From NCBI GenBank assembly GCA_031255835.1, contig JAIRRT010000079.1, positions 1 to 49,260 of the forward strand: a stretch of 49,260 nt of DNA, written 5' to 3'. A program made the position numbers and the translations under genes. Shown in pieces: positions 36,279 through 45,258 of this stretch; positions within the stretch are counted from its first letter, which is position 1; each line of letters opens with the position of its first letter. Under the pieces are notes generated by a model. The model did no database searches and was not told the origin of the DNA. It worked only from the letters and a program-made list of their open reading frames with translations. The DNA is from Bifidobacteriaceae bacterium. GTDB lineage: Bacteria; Actinomycetota; Actinomycetes; Actinomycetales; WQXJ01.

Positions 36279-37907
36279 TTAGCGTTCTTCGGGGAGCATT
36301 GTTATTGCTCCGCAGGGGCATTCTGCTGCGCAGACGCCGCAGCCTTTGCAGTAGTCGTAGTCGATGTCGTAGCGCTTGCCTGGGCCTAGTTTGACAATCA
36401 CATCATCTGGGCACAGGCCGTAGCAGTTGTCGCACTCGAAGCAGTTGCCGCAGGACATGCAGCGACGGGCCTCAAACAGGGCCGAATCGGCATCCAGACC
36501 CCGGACCACTTCTTCGAAGCCTGACACCCGCCTTGCTGCTTCCAGCTCTGAGCGGTGTTGCAGCGGGGCGTCGGAGTAGTACCAGGTGTTGAGCCGGTCG
36601 AACGTGGCTTGCGCCACCCGTGACGGCGGCTCATATGAGGTGCCGCGCAGATAGGCGTCAACCTGGCGGGCCGCCAGTTTGCCCTGCCCAACAGCAACCG
36701 TTGCGGTCCTATCCCCCGGCGCTGCGTCACCTGCGGCGAAGATCCCTGGCCGGCCGGTCATCAGCTGCTCATCGACGGCGATCACCCCGCCGCTCGATTC
36801 GATGCCTTCAACTCCGTCCAGGACGGAAAGGTCCGTCTCCTGCCCAAGGGCGAGCACAACTGTGTCCGCCTCTACCTCGTCGAACTGCCCTGTGGGACTG
36901 GGGCGGCCGGCATCGTCCAGCTCCATACGCTCGATCACCACGCGGCCATCTGCCACCTCCGCGATGGTTGAGAGCCACTTGACGCGGATGCCTTCATCAA
37001 CGGCGTCGCGGTACTCGGACTCGTGCGCGGGCATCTGGTCGCGTGTGCGGCGGTAGACGATGACGGCGTCCTCCGCTCCCAAACGGACCGCTGTCCTGGC
37101 CGCGTCGATGGCCGTGTTGCCGCCGCCGTAGACGGCCACCCTGCGGCCCAGCATCGGCGCATCACCTGTGGCCGCTCCGTGCAGCATGTTGACTGCGTCC
37201 AGCACTTTGGCCGCGTGACCAGCGGGAATGTCCACGTGAGCTGCCACGCCGGCCCCGACAGCCAGCACGATGGCGTCATGGCGGGCAGCCTCTGCGTCCA
37301 GGTCACCCACCCTGGCTAGGCACTCGATCCGGATCCCCATCGCTTCGAGCCGGCTGATCTCGGCATCGAGCACGTCACGGGGAAGGCGGTAGGCCGGAAT
37401 GCCGAAGCGCAGCATCCCGCCGGGTGCTTCTTGTGATTCGCGGATCACCACGTCATGGCCGGCGCGGCGCAGGTGGTAGGCGGCGGAAAGGCCGGCTGGG
37501 CCCGATCCGATCACCAGCACAGTCTTGCCGGAGGTCTCCTTGGGCGCCTCGAACTGCCAGCCCTGACGGATCGCTTCATCGCCCAAGAACCGTTCCACAG
37601 CGTTGATGCCGACGGTCTCATCGAGCCCGCCGCGGTTGCAGGCGGCTTGGCATGGGTGGTAGCAAACCCGGCCCATCACGGCGGGCAGCGGGTTCTCGGC
37701 GGTCAAAGCTCGCCAGGCTGCCTCGTAACCATCGGCCCCAGCTTGGGCCTGATAGAGCCAGGCTTGGATGTTCTCACCCGCCGGGCAGGCAGCGGAGCAC
37801 GGCGGCAGCAGGTTGACGTAGACCGGCCGTTCGGTGCGCCAAGACCCAGTCAGATAGGCGGCGGACGTACCAGCAGGGGCGCTCAATCCAGGAGGAACAA
37901 CTGTCAT
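36279..37907 (-). CDS. GltD/SudA-like NAD(P)H-dependent FAD oxidoreductase fused to a C-terminal 2x[4Fe-4S] ferredoxin (OFOR delta-like) domain
   Basis: The N-terminal Cys clusters are CSAACP and CYHPCQAAC. The dinucleotide fold is VLVIGSGPAGLSAAYHL. The C-terminus has CMSCGNCFECDNCYGLCP and CKGCGVCAAECP. The gene starts 3 nt after the OFOR beta gene. Confidence 0.85.
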   Translation of the reverse strand: MTVVPPGLSAPAGTSAAYLTGSWRTERPVYVNLLPPCSAACPAGENIQAWLYQAQAGADGYEAAWRALTAENPLPAVMGRVCYHPCQAACNRGGLDETVGINAVERFLGDEAIRQGWQFEAPKETSGKTVLVIGSGPAGLSAAYHLRRAGHDVVIRESQEAPGGMLRFGIPAYRLPRDVLDAEISRLEAMGIRIECLARVGDLDAEAARHDAIVLAVGAGVAAHVDIPAGHAAKVLDAVNMLHGAATGDAPMLGRRVAVYGGGNTAIDAARTAVRLGAEDAVIVYRRTRDQMPAHESEYRDAVDEGIRVKWLSTIAEVADGRVVIERMELDDAGRPSPTGQFDEVEADTVVLALGQETDLSVLDGVEGIESSGGVIAVDEQLMTGRPGIFAAGDAAPGDRTATVAVGQGKLAARQVDAYLRGTSYEPPSRVAQATFDRLNTWYYSDAPLQHRSELEAARRVSGFEEVVRGLDADSALFEARRCMSCGNCFECDNCYGLCPDDVIVKLGPGKRYDIDYDYCKGCGVCAAECPCGAITMLPEER

Positions 37908-37910
37908 GGC

Positions 37911-38909
37911 TCAGGCCCCTTCGCGGCACAAGTCGTAGGTGCGGATGTTGCGTTCCGCCATCCGGCGGATGCGTTCGAGTGCAACCTCATCACCGCGCGG
38001 CCCAAACAGGTGAGCAAAGCGCCGCTGCGGTTTGAGGTAGTCCTCAACAGGTACGCGATCACGGATTGGGGTTGTGGCTGTGACCTGCCCGTATTCCGCC
38101 TCGAAGACGGGGAACAGGCCGCAGCGCACCGCCAGGCGGGCCATCCGGATCGACTCAGATGACTTGGTGCCCCAACCCAGCGGGCAGGTCACCAAGACGT
38201 GCAGGTAGCGGGCGCCGCGGTGGGACATGGCTGTGCGCACCTTGGCTTCCAGGTCACGCAGGTCAGCCACCGTGGCGGTTGCGACGTAGGGGATGTCATG
38301 GGCCATGGCGATGCGGGGAACAGACTTGCCTTGCCCAAATGGCGCTCCCGGATCACGCCCGACTGCCGGGGTGGTTGCGGTGCGGGTGGCCGGCGGTGTG
38401 GCTGATGAGCGTTGGGCGCCGGTGTTCATGTAGCCCTGGTTGTCGTAGCAGACGTAGAGCACGTCATCGTTGCGCTCAAACATGCCTGAAAGGCACGCCA
38501 GCCCGATGTCGGCTGTGCCGCCGTCTCCACCCTGGGCAATGACACGGATATCGCTGCGCCCCCGAGCCCGGTTGACCGCCGCAATACCGGTTGCCACCGA
38601 GGCCGAATTGGCGAACAGCGAGTGTATCCACGGCACTTTCCACGCGCTTTCCGGGTAGAGGGTGGAAAACACTTCCAGACAACCCGTGGCGTTGGCGACC
38701 ATAAGTTGGCCGTCTGTCACTTCCATCGCCGTGTCGAGAACCCAACGGGCCGCCAACGCTTCTGCACAGCCTTGGCATGCCCGGTGTCCCCTTGTCAGGC
38801 AGCTGGGCCGGTCTTGCCATGCCTGAACGCTGCGATCAGATTCCTCCAATAGCCGGTTGCCCACCACAAGTGCGCCGGTTTGGAGGAATGGCACATTCAT
38901 TTTCGCCAT
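37911..38909 (-). CDS. 2-oxoacid:ferredoxin oxidoreductase beta subunit (TPP-binding)
   Basis: GHRACQGCAEAL and GDGGTADIG (a TPP motif, GDG..) are present. The gene is tightly packed within the operon. Confidence 0.9.
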   Translation of the reverse strand: MAKMNVPFLQTGALVVGNRLLEESDRSVQAWQDRPSCLTRGHRACQGCAEALAARWVLDTAMEVTDGQLMVANATGCLEVFSTLYPESAWKVPWIHSLFANSASVATGIAAVNRARGRSDIRVIAQGGDGGTADIGLACLSGMFERNDDVLYVCYDNQGYMNTGAQRSSATPPATRTATTPAVGRDPGAPFGQGKSVPRIAMAHDIPYVATATVADLRDLEAKVRTAMSHRGARYLHVLVTCPLGWGTKSSESIRMARLAVRCGLFPVFEAEYGQVTATTPIRDRVPVEDYLKPQRRFAHLFGPRGDEVALERIRRMAERNIRTYDLCREGA

Positions 38910-38910
38910 T

Positions 38911-40101
38911 TCAACTCACCTTCTCGATCACGTCGTCACGCAAATCCATAAACGTCAAGTCCCCCAGATTTCCAGCATGTGCTCGGCGTACGATGCCGGC
39001 CAAAGAGTCTTGCGTGATGGGCCGCCCTCCAAGCCCGGCGGCCACCGAATGAAGCGGCGCGGGCGAGCCCTTCATCGCCCTGCGCACCGCACCGGAAAGT
39101 ACCCCGCCTATGCCCACTTGAATCGCCCTGTCGATCACCACCACCCGCGATGCCTGGCCGATGGCCCTGGCCAACGCCTCGGAGGGGAACGGCCTGAAAG
39201 CACCCAAAGCGATCAGGTGCACATCCACTCCCTCTTCACGCAGCGATGGAAGCACAGCTTCCAGGGTGCCGAGCACCGAACCCATGGCGATGACCGCGAT
39301 CTGGCCGTGGCGGCCTGGCGCTGCGTCATCGTCCGTACCGAGGACTCGCACCGGCAGGCCGGCGCGGCGGCCGAATACCTCCGCAAACTCCTTGGACGCG
39401 GCCTCCAGGCGGTCAATCGCCCCGAGCATCGCACGGTGCGCCAGATACTTCGTTTCGGTGAAAATGTCGGGTCCAGCCATCATGCCCATCGATGACGGAT
39501 GCTCAATGTCCAGTGCGGCCCGCGGAGTGAACGGCGGCAAGAATGCATCCACCATCTCTTGGGTCGGCATGTCCACCACGTCGGTGGCGTGTGTCAGAAC
39601 GAATCCGTCCATGCACACCATAATCGGTATCGAAATCTCTTCAGCCAACCGGTAGGCGATGATGTGTAGATCAACCGCGTCTTGATTATCGATGGCGAAG
39701 AGCTGTAGCCAGCCTGAGTCGCGTTGCGAAAGCGAATCTGACTGATCATTCCAAATGTTGATTGGGGCGCCTATCGCCCGGTTGGCCACCGTCATCACTA
39801 TTGGCAACCCCAGACCAGAGGCGTTGTAGACGGCCTCAGCCATATAGAGCAGACCTTGTGATGCTGTCGCGGTGTAGACCCGCCCGCCGGCGGCTGAGGC
39901 GCCGATGGCCACCGACATGGCCGCGAATTCCGATTCGACGTTGATGTAATCGCAGTCCACCAACCCGCCGGTCCGCACCATGCCAGAAAGCGCTTCCACA
40001 ATGTGGGTTTGAGGCGAAATCGGGTAGGCGCACACAACATCGGGCCGGCACAGCGCCACCGCCCTTGCAACGGCCTTCGAGCCTTCGATCAGCTCATGCA
40101 T
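38911..40101 (-). CDS. 2-oxoacid:ferredoxin oxidoreductase alpha subunit
   Basis: The N-terminus is MHELIEGSKAVARAVALCRPDVVCAYPISPQTHIVE (POR_N). The 396-aa product is encoded 1 nt upstream of the beta gene. Confidence 0.9.
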   Translation of the reverse strand: MHELIEGSKAVARAVALCRPDVVCAYPISPQTHIVEALSGMVRTGGLVDCDYINVESEFAAMSVAIGASAAGGRVYTATASQGLLYMAEAVYNASGLGLPIVMTVANRAIGAPINIWNDQSDSLSQRDSGWLQLFAIDNQDAVDLHIIAYRLAEEISIPIMVCMDGFVLTHATDVVDMPTQEMVDAFLPPFTPRAALDIEHPSSMGMMAGPDIFTETKYLAHRAMLGAIDRLEAASKEFAEVFGRRAGLPVRVLGTDDDAAPGRHGQIAVIAMGSVLGTLEAVLPSLREEGVDVHLIALGAFRPFPSEALARAIGQASRVVVIDRAIQVGIGGVLSGAVRRAMKGSPAPLHSVAAGLGGRPITQDSLAGIVRRAHAGNLGDLTFMDLRDDVIEKVS

Positions 40102-40768
40102 TTGACACCTCCGGTGCTCCGATCAGGGTGTTTGGCAGTTCAGCCTCGGTGGGCCTGTCGGCCTGCACCGGGCCTATCCCGTCTGGTGCCCCGGCGTCGG
40201 GGTCGCCGGAGTGGTCGGTGACCCACTGGTGGGCCACCTCTGCGGAGGCGATGTTTCCGGCGGCGACCTTTCCGGAGAAGAGCTGACGGACGGCATCGGA
40301 CACGGAACCTAGGGTGATTATGCCGGTCAGAGCCGCAAAAGCGCCCAGCAAGGCAGCTGATGGGATGGGCCGGCCCAGGTACTCGCGGACTATGTCATCA
40401 GCAGGGACCGTCGCCAGCAGTCCAGGCCCGCTGGGTGCGTCCGGTGAGATGCGGCGCACCCCGTTGGGCGATTCACGGGTGTTGACCACCGCCCAACCGC
40501 CCTCGACAAGACCACCGAACGGGTTCATTGCCCGCAGCAGAGTCGGGTCCAACACGATCACGGCGTTCGGCGCCAAAATCGGCTGTCTTGTCAGGATTCG
40601 CTCCTTGGAGAACCGGGTGTAGCCGACAACCGGTGCGCCGGTGCGCTCGGAGCCGAAGCTCGGCATCGCCTGGGCTTGGAAGCCGCCGGCAAAACCGGCT
40701 CTGGCCAGCATCTCCGACGCCGTCACCACACCTTGGCCCCCACGGCCATGGATGACAATTTGAAACAT
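40094..40768 (-). CDS. 2-oxoacid:ferredoxin oxidoreductase gamma subunit
   Basis: MFQIVIHGRGGQGVVTASEMLA...SFGSERTGAPV is present. The gene overlaps the alpha gene by 8 nt, and AAGGGG lies upstream. Confidence 0.9.
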   Translation of the reverse strand: MFQIVIHGRGGQGVVTASEMLARAGFAGGFQAQAMPSFGSERTGAPVVGYTRFSKERILTRQPILAPNAVIVLDPTLLRAMNPFGGLVEGGWAVVNTRESPNGVRRISPDAPSGPGLLATVPADDIVREYLGRPIPSAALLGAFAALTGIITLGSVSDAVRQLFSGKVAAGNIASAEVAHQWVTDHSGDPDAGAPDGIGPVQADRPTEAELPNTLIGAPEVSNA

Positions 40769-40905
40769 ATTCGCCCCTTTTCCATCGCGCCCGCTGAGCC
40801 TACGCTGGCGCTCGGGCTTGACTATAGGCCTTCCGGCCGGTGTCTGGCAGATTCTTGGCGCGTCATCTGGATGGTGCGGGCTGTCAAGCGCTTGAATGGT
40901 GCCTC

Positions 40906-41931
40906 GTGAAACTCGATGTGGATCTTCGCTCAGACACTGTCACTCGCCCATCCGATGCCATGCGCCAGGCGATGGCGCAAGCCGACGTTGGCGATGACGT
41001 TTTGGACCATGACCCGACCATGGGCGCGCTGGAGGAGCGGGTGGCTGAAATCACCGGCCGCCAAGCAGCAATCTGGATGCCCTCCGGGTGCATGTCCAAC
41101 CTGACGGCACTGATGGCGTACCTGCGCCCCGGGGACAGCCTGCTGGCACCGAAAGCCGCGCACGTCATCGGGCATGAGCTGGGCACGGTTGCCTGGCTGG
41201 CGGGAGGCATGCCGCGTGAACTGGCTTGGAGCGTGAAACCGGGGGTGCCCTCGCCAGAGGAGCTGGCCGGCATTCTCGGGGGGGCCGAGCCGGCCTACTA
41301 CGACCTGCAGCCCAGGGTGCTGGTGCTGGAGAACACGCACAACGAGGCTGGTGGGACCATCATTCCGCCTGCCATCTACAGCGAACTGGTTGCGGTAGCG
41401 CACGGTGCGGGGTTGACGGTGCACCTCGATGGGGCGCGGCTGTGGCATGCGGCGGCCGCGCAGGGCCGCACGCCGGCGGAGGTTGTGGGCGAGGCGGACA
41501 CGGTGTCGGTCTGCCTGTCCAAAGGGCTGGGTGCGCCGATGGGTTCGATCTTGGCGGGGCCGGCCGATCTGATCAAACAGGCCCGGCGGATCCGCAAGAT
41601 GCTGGGCGGCGGGGTCCGCCAAGGTGGCGTGGTGGCGGCCGCCGGGCTGGTGGCGTTGGACCAGGAGCTGCCGCGGATTGATCAGGACCGTGTGCGCGCG
41701 GTCCGGCTGGCCAGTGGGCTGCGGGACCTGGGATTCGATGCGCCCGCACCTGAGACCAACATCTTGATGGTCAACGCGCCTGACCCGGTTGACCTGGCCG
41801 AACGCTGGAACCAGGCGGGGGTGGGGTGTTTCGCGATGGGGGTGGGCGTGCGCCTGGTGACCCACCGCGACATCGACGATGCCGCCATCGACCTTGCCCT
41901 GGAACGCATGGGTGGCGCCGCGGCCGCCTGA
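40906..41931 (+). CDS. ltaE: Low-specificity L-threonine aldolase (PLP-dependent)
   Basis: DLRSDTVTRPSDAMRQAMAQADVGDDVLDHDPT and the lysine motif SVCLSKGLGAPMGS are present. The start is placed at GTG 40906. Confidence 0.85.
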   Translation: MKLDVDLRSDTVTRPSDAMRQAMAQADVGDDVLDHDPTMGALEERVAEITGRQAAIWMPSGCMSNLTALMAYLRPGDSLLAPKAAHVIGHELGTVAWLAGGMPRELAWSVKPGVPSPEELAGILGGAEPAYYDLQPRVLVLENTHNEAGGTIIPPAIYSELVAVAHGAGLTVHLDGARLWHAAAAQGRTPAEVVGEADTVSVCLSKGLGAPMGSILAGPADLIKQARRIRKMLGGGVRQGGVVAAAGLVALDQELPRIDQDRVRAVRLASGLRDLGFDAPAPETNILMVNAPDPVDLAERWNQAGVGCFAMGVGVRLVTHRDIDDAAIDLALERMGGAAAA

Positions 41932-42113
41932 GGCGGGCAGGACTGGGTCGCCCTGCGGTCGCGGTGGGCAGGACTGGGGTACTTGGGGGACGGCATCGGC
42001 GGATTTGTGCGGGTTTTGCTGAGAGCTTGGTGATGGTGCTGCGCGCGGGGCTGCGCGCGGGTTAGCCTTTTCTCCTACGTCTCACTGCTGCGACCACTGC
42101 CCCGGAGGAACCA

Positions 42114-43367
42114 ATGCCAGTGACCTTGCCCCAGGTCCACTGTCGTGCCAAGCGCTCGATTGACTGGTTGCGCTGGTTGGCGGTCGGGGTGGCCGCCGCG
42201 TTGGGCGTCAGTTTGGTTGCGGCGCCGCAGGGCGCTCCGGCCAGCGCTGATGATCCGCTCGATCCCTGCTCCTCGCAGGTCAACTATCGCCTGCCTGGGT
42301 CCAACACTCACAGGCTGGCTGCGACGCCAGGCACCATCACGGGTCTCGCCTACTCCAACGCCGAGTCACGAACTGTCGCCTTGGAGGTTTCCTCATCCGG
42401 TACCTGGACAACCGTCTCAACGGCCGCCGTGGCGCCTTCCCCCGACGGTTCGCGCGGCTGGACGCTCGTTGACCTGGCATACCCCCCGGACGTTGCCCAA
42501 GGCTCCCAATCCATGAGGGTGACGATGGCGCCGGCCGGCGTGTGCACGCAGGTCACCTCTGCCCCGTTCGTCATGGCGTTCCGCAAAGCGCAATACACCT
42601 TCAACCCGACCATGGAGGTGACCTCATCTGGGCCTTCCATGACGGCTTCGACTCGTTCCAACCTGACGTTGGTGGGCAGCACGCGCGCCGAGACTCTTGG
42701 AACACTGCAGGTCAGCGACATCGTGGTGCAGCGCAGTGTTGCTGGCGGGCCGTGGACGGCGTTGCCGGGGGTTGGGGTCAAGGCGATGCCCACCGCTACG
42801 TCCTCTTCTGTGTTTGATTTGCGCGCTGATGTTCCGCGTCTTTCGGGCAGCACCAAACAGAAGGCGGTCAGCGTCGCCTACCGGTTTGCCTCGGTGGAGA
42901 CGCCCACCGTCGCCACTACGTTCTCCAAACCCTTGACCGTCGGGTACTTCAACGCTCGGGCGGTGGTGAGGGCCGCCGTCGTGCGCGATTGCCCTACTAC
43001 GAAGGTCTATTTCAAGAAGAAGTTCCCGAAGGACAGGACCAAGGCGGCGGGGTACTACTCGTGGGGAAGGAACAAAATTGTCATTTTGTCCCCTGCCATC
43101 GATGATCGTATGCCGTTAGAGCATGTCCAGTCGATTGCTCATCACGAATGTGGGCATCGGCTCCAGGAAACCGCCTACAAGAAGCACTCCGCGGCCGTTA
43201 AGGCGGCTCAGCGGGTGTTCGGCACCAACCACTCCGACCCGCTGGAGCACTGGGCTGACTGCATCGCGATGGTTCGCCAGCCCAAGGGATACCTCGGGTA
43301 CGGCGGAAAGTGCACCGCCAAGCAACTCAAGGCCGCCAAACGGACGCTAAGGGGCAAGAAGCTCTAG
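42114..43367 (+). CDS. Secreted protein with a C-terminal HEXXH motif (putative zinc metallopeptidase)
   Basis: The signal peptide is WLRWLAVGVAAALGVSLVAAPQGAPASA. HECGH is encoded at 43143-43157 (IAHHECGHRLQ). The beta-rich N-terminal two-thirds match no recognised family. Confidence 0.6.
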   Translation: MPVTLPQVHCRAKRSIDWLRWLAVGVAAALGVSLVAAPQGAPASADDPLDPCSSQVNYRLPGSNTHRLAATPGTITGLAYSNAESRTVALEVSSSGTWTTVSTAAVAPSPDGSRGWTLVDLAYPPDVAQGSQSMRVTMAPAGVCTQVTSAPFVMAFRKAQYTFNPTMEVTSSGPSMTASTRSNLTLVGSTRAETLGTLQVSDIVVQRSVAGGPWTALPGVGVKAMPTATSSSVFDLRADVPRLSGSTKQKAVSVAYRFASVETPTVATTFSKPLTVGYFNARAVVRAAVVRDCPTTKVYFKKKFPKDRTKAAGYYSWGRNKIVILSPAIDDRMPLEHVQSIAHHECGHRLQETAYKKHSAAVKAAQRVFGTNHSDPLEHWADCIAMVRQPKGYLGYGGKCTAKQLKAAKRTLRGKKL

Positions 43368-43455
43368 GCCGAGCATGAAACTTGCCGCCGAGGGGCCCGG
43401 CGCGCGATAGCATCGTGCGGTCCCAAGCGAATCCGACACAGTGGGGGGAAGGTTC

Positions 43456-43914
43456 ATGTCGAACTCTGGCGGCGAGCAGGTGTTGGCTCCACTCAGCCGC
43501 GACCGCATCGAAGAGGTGATGCGTCTGAAGGGGTGGAGCTATTCAATCGACTCCGATGGCGACTTGACCGGGACCTGGGATCACAACCGGTTCTACTTCT
43601 TTGTCACAGGCAATGAGAAGGAGATTTTGCAGGTCCAGGCCAGGTGGCGTCAGGATCTGCCCATCGAGTTGCGGTCCGATGTCCTGTTGGCGATCAATGA
43701 ATGGCACCAGCGCCGCCTGTGGCCCAAAGGCTATGTCCATGTGGACGATGACGGCCGGCTGTGGGTCCATGCCGAGCACGTTGTGGACTGGGAACACGGC
43801 ATCACCACTGATCAGCTCATGCTCACCATCACCTGCGCGATCTCGACATCGGTGCAGTTGTTTGAGCACCTCAGCGAGCGTTTCAGCCCGACGTTTGGCC
43901 CCTCCAGCTCCTGA
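43456..43914 (+). CDS. YbjN-domain protein (type III secretion chaperone-like fold)
   Basis: SRDRIEEVMRLKGWSYSIDSDGDLTGTWDHNRFYFFVTGNEKEILQVQARW is typical of the YbjN family. The start is at MSNSG, after GGGGGAAGG. Confidence 0.7.
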   Translation: MSNSGGEQVLAPLSRDRIEEVMRLKGWSYSIDSDGDLTGTWDHNRFYFFVTGNEKEILQVQARWRQDLPIELRSDVLLAINEWHQRRLWPKGYVHVDDDGRLWVHAEHVVDWEHGITTDQLMLTITCAISTSVQLFEHLSERFSPTFGPSSS

Positions 43915-43938
43915 AGCGGGCACGAAGCGACCCATTGC

Positions 43939-45249
43939 ATGAACGACGGTTCTGATAGCAACAGCAAGCCGGCCCGGCCGGAACCCGACGAGACCGCCGG
44001 CAAGGTGGATGAGGTTGGTGGGGTTGGTGCGGGTAGTGCGGTTGGCGCGGCTGGTGCGGCAGGCGAGGTTGGCGCGGCTGGTGAGGTTGGAGAACCCGGC
44101 GACGTAGGTGGTGCTGACAAGGCTGACGAGACTGCCGTACTTGGCAGGGGCGACGAGACCACTGTGCTTGGCAAGGTGGACGATGAGGCGTCTGAGGCGC
44201 GGACCGGCAGCAGGCCCAAGCCGAGTCTCTCGCTCATCCAATTGCTGGCCACGGTCCTAGCGGCGGTCTCCTCCACTGCGGCGCTTTCGCGCCTTGGCGC
44301 TGCCGGCACTGTGTATGGCGCTGCCTTGGCGGCCGCAATCACCGTGGTGGGCAACTACATCTACACCCGCTGGTTGATGCGCACTCACCACACGGCTGTC
44401 GCTTTGGCGAAGCGCGCCCAGGCTGCGTTGCCGACAATCAAACCGTTCTCCTCGACCCACGGCGAAGAGGAGGACAAAGGCGCGGAAGAGGGTGGCGAGC
44501 CGGCGGGAGAAAGTGCCGACAAGGGAGAAGGTGAGGCCGCGAAGAGCCCTCCGGACGAGCCTGAAGGTGGGGACGGTGGCGAGCCACCAAGTGATGCGGC
44601 AGATGGTGCAACGGACGATGCCGATGAACCGGACCGCCGGCTGGTGGCACTTTGGAACAGGCTGACCGCCCGGTTCGGCTTCGGCTGGGTCTTTGCCGGA
44701 ACGATTGTGGCCACGTTCCTGCTGATACTCGGGATAGTCACAGCCGTGGAGCTGGCCTCGGGCAGGTCCTTGGGCGAGTTGACCGGCGGTGCGCCGTCCC
44801 ACCACTCCGACTCGCGAGTGCCCTGGTTGCGCTCTGTCACAAACCGTCCGCCCACCAATGCTCCAACCAAGACGGCCACGCCTGCCCCTGCGCCATCGGA
44901 CACCTCTGAATCACCCAGCGACAAGCGGCGGCCGGAAACGACACCGAGCAACACGCCGCGTGAGACCAGCCCAACTCCAACGGTCACCGAGCCGGCGCCG
45001 CCACCTGTGACCGAGACGGAGCCGGCCCCACCTGCTGAGCCGACCGAGACGACTACGGCGCCGGAGCCCGAGCCACCTCCGCCATCCAGCGCGCCGCCAA
45101 CCACGCCAACTCCTACGCCACCAAGCCCCTCGGCCACCCCGGACACCCCGACGGTCAGTGGCTCGCCAGAAGCAGAACCGACGGATGGGGCTACCAACCC
45201 CGAGAATGAGGCTCTGGACCCAACCAGCTCCACCTCGCCGCGCCGCTGA
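43939..45249 (+). CDS. Low-complexity membrane protein (acidic/Gly-rich N-terminus, 2-3 TM helices, Pro/Thr-rich C-terminus)
   Basis: 436-aa ORF with TM segments LIQLLATVLAAVSS.., AALAAAITVVGNYIY and WVFAGTIVATFLLILGIVTAV. No family was recognised. Confidence 0.55.
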   Translation: MNDGSDSNSKPARPEPDETAGKVDEVGGVGAGSAVGAAGAAGEVGAAGEVGEPGDVGGADKADETAVLGRGDETTVLGKVDDEASEARTGSRPKPSLSLIQLLATVLAAVSSTAALSRLGAAGTVYGAALAAAITVVGNYIYTRWLMRTHHTAVALAKRAQAALPTIKPFSSTHGEEEDKGAEEGGEPAGESADKGEGEAAKSPPDEPEGGDGGEPPSDAADGATDDADEPDRRLVALWNRLTARFGFGWVFAGTIVATFLLILGIVTAVELASGRSLGELTGGAPSHHSDSRVPWLRSVTNRPPTNAPTKTATPAPAPSDTSESPSDKRRPETTPSNTPRETSPTPTVTEPAPPPVTETEPAPPAEPTETTTAPEPEPPPPSSAPPTTPTPTPPSPSATPDTPTVSGSPEAEPTDGATNPENEALDPTSSTSPRR

Positions 45250-45258
45250 GACTTGCGG

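Noticed and set aside
45250-45258. A gap of only 9 bp between convergent genes (the membrane-protein stop and the GH65 stop), initially considered a possible mis-called gene end
   Set aside because: Both stops are unambiguous in the sequence and both ORFs have coherent products. The arrangement is compact but not anomalous.
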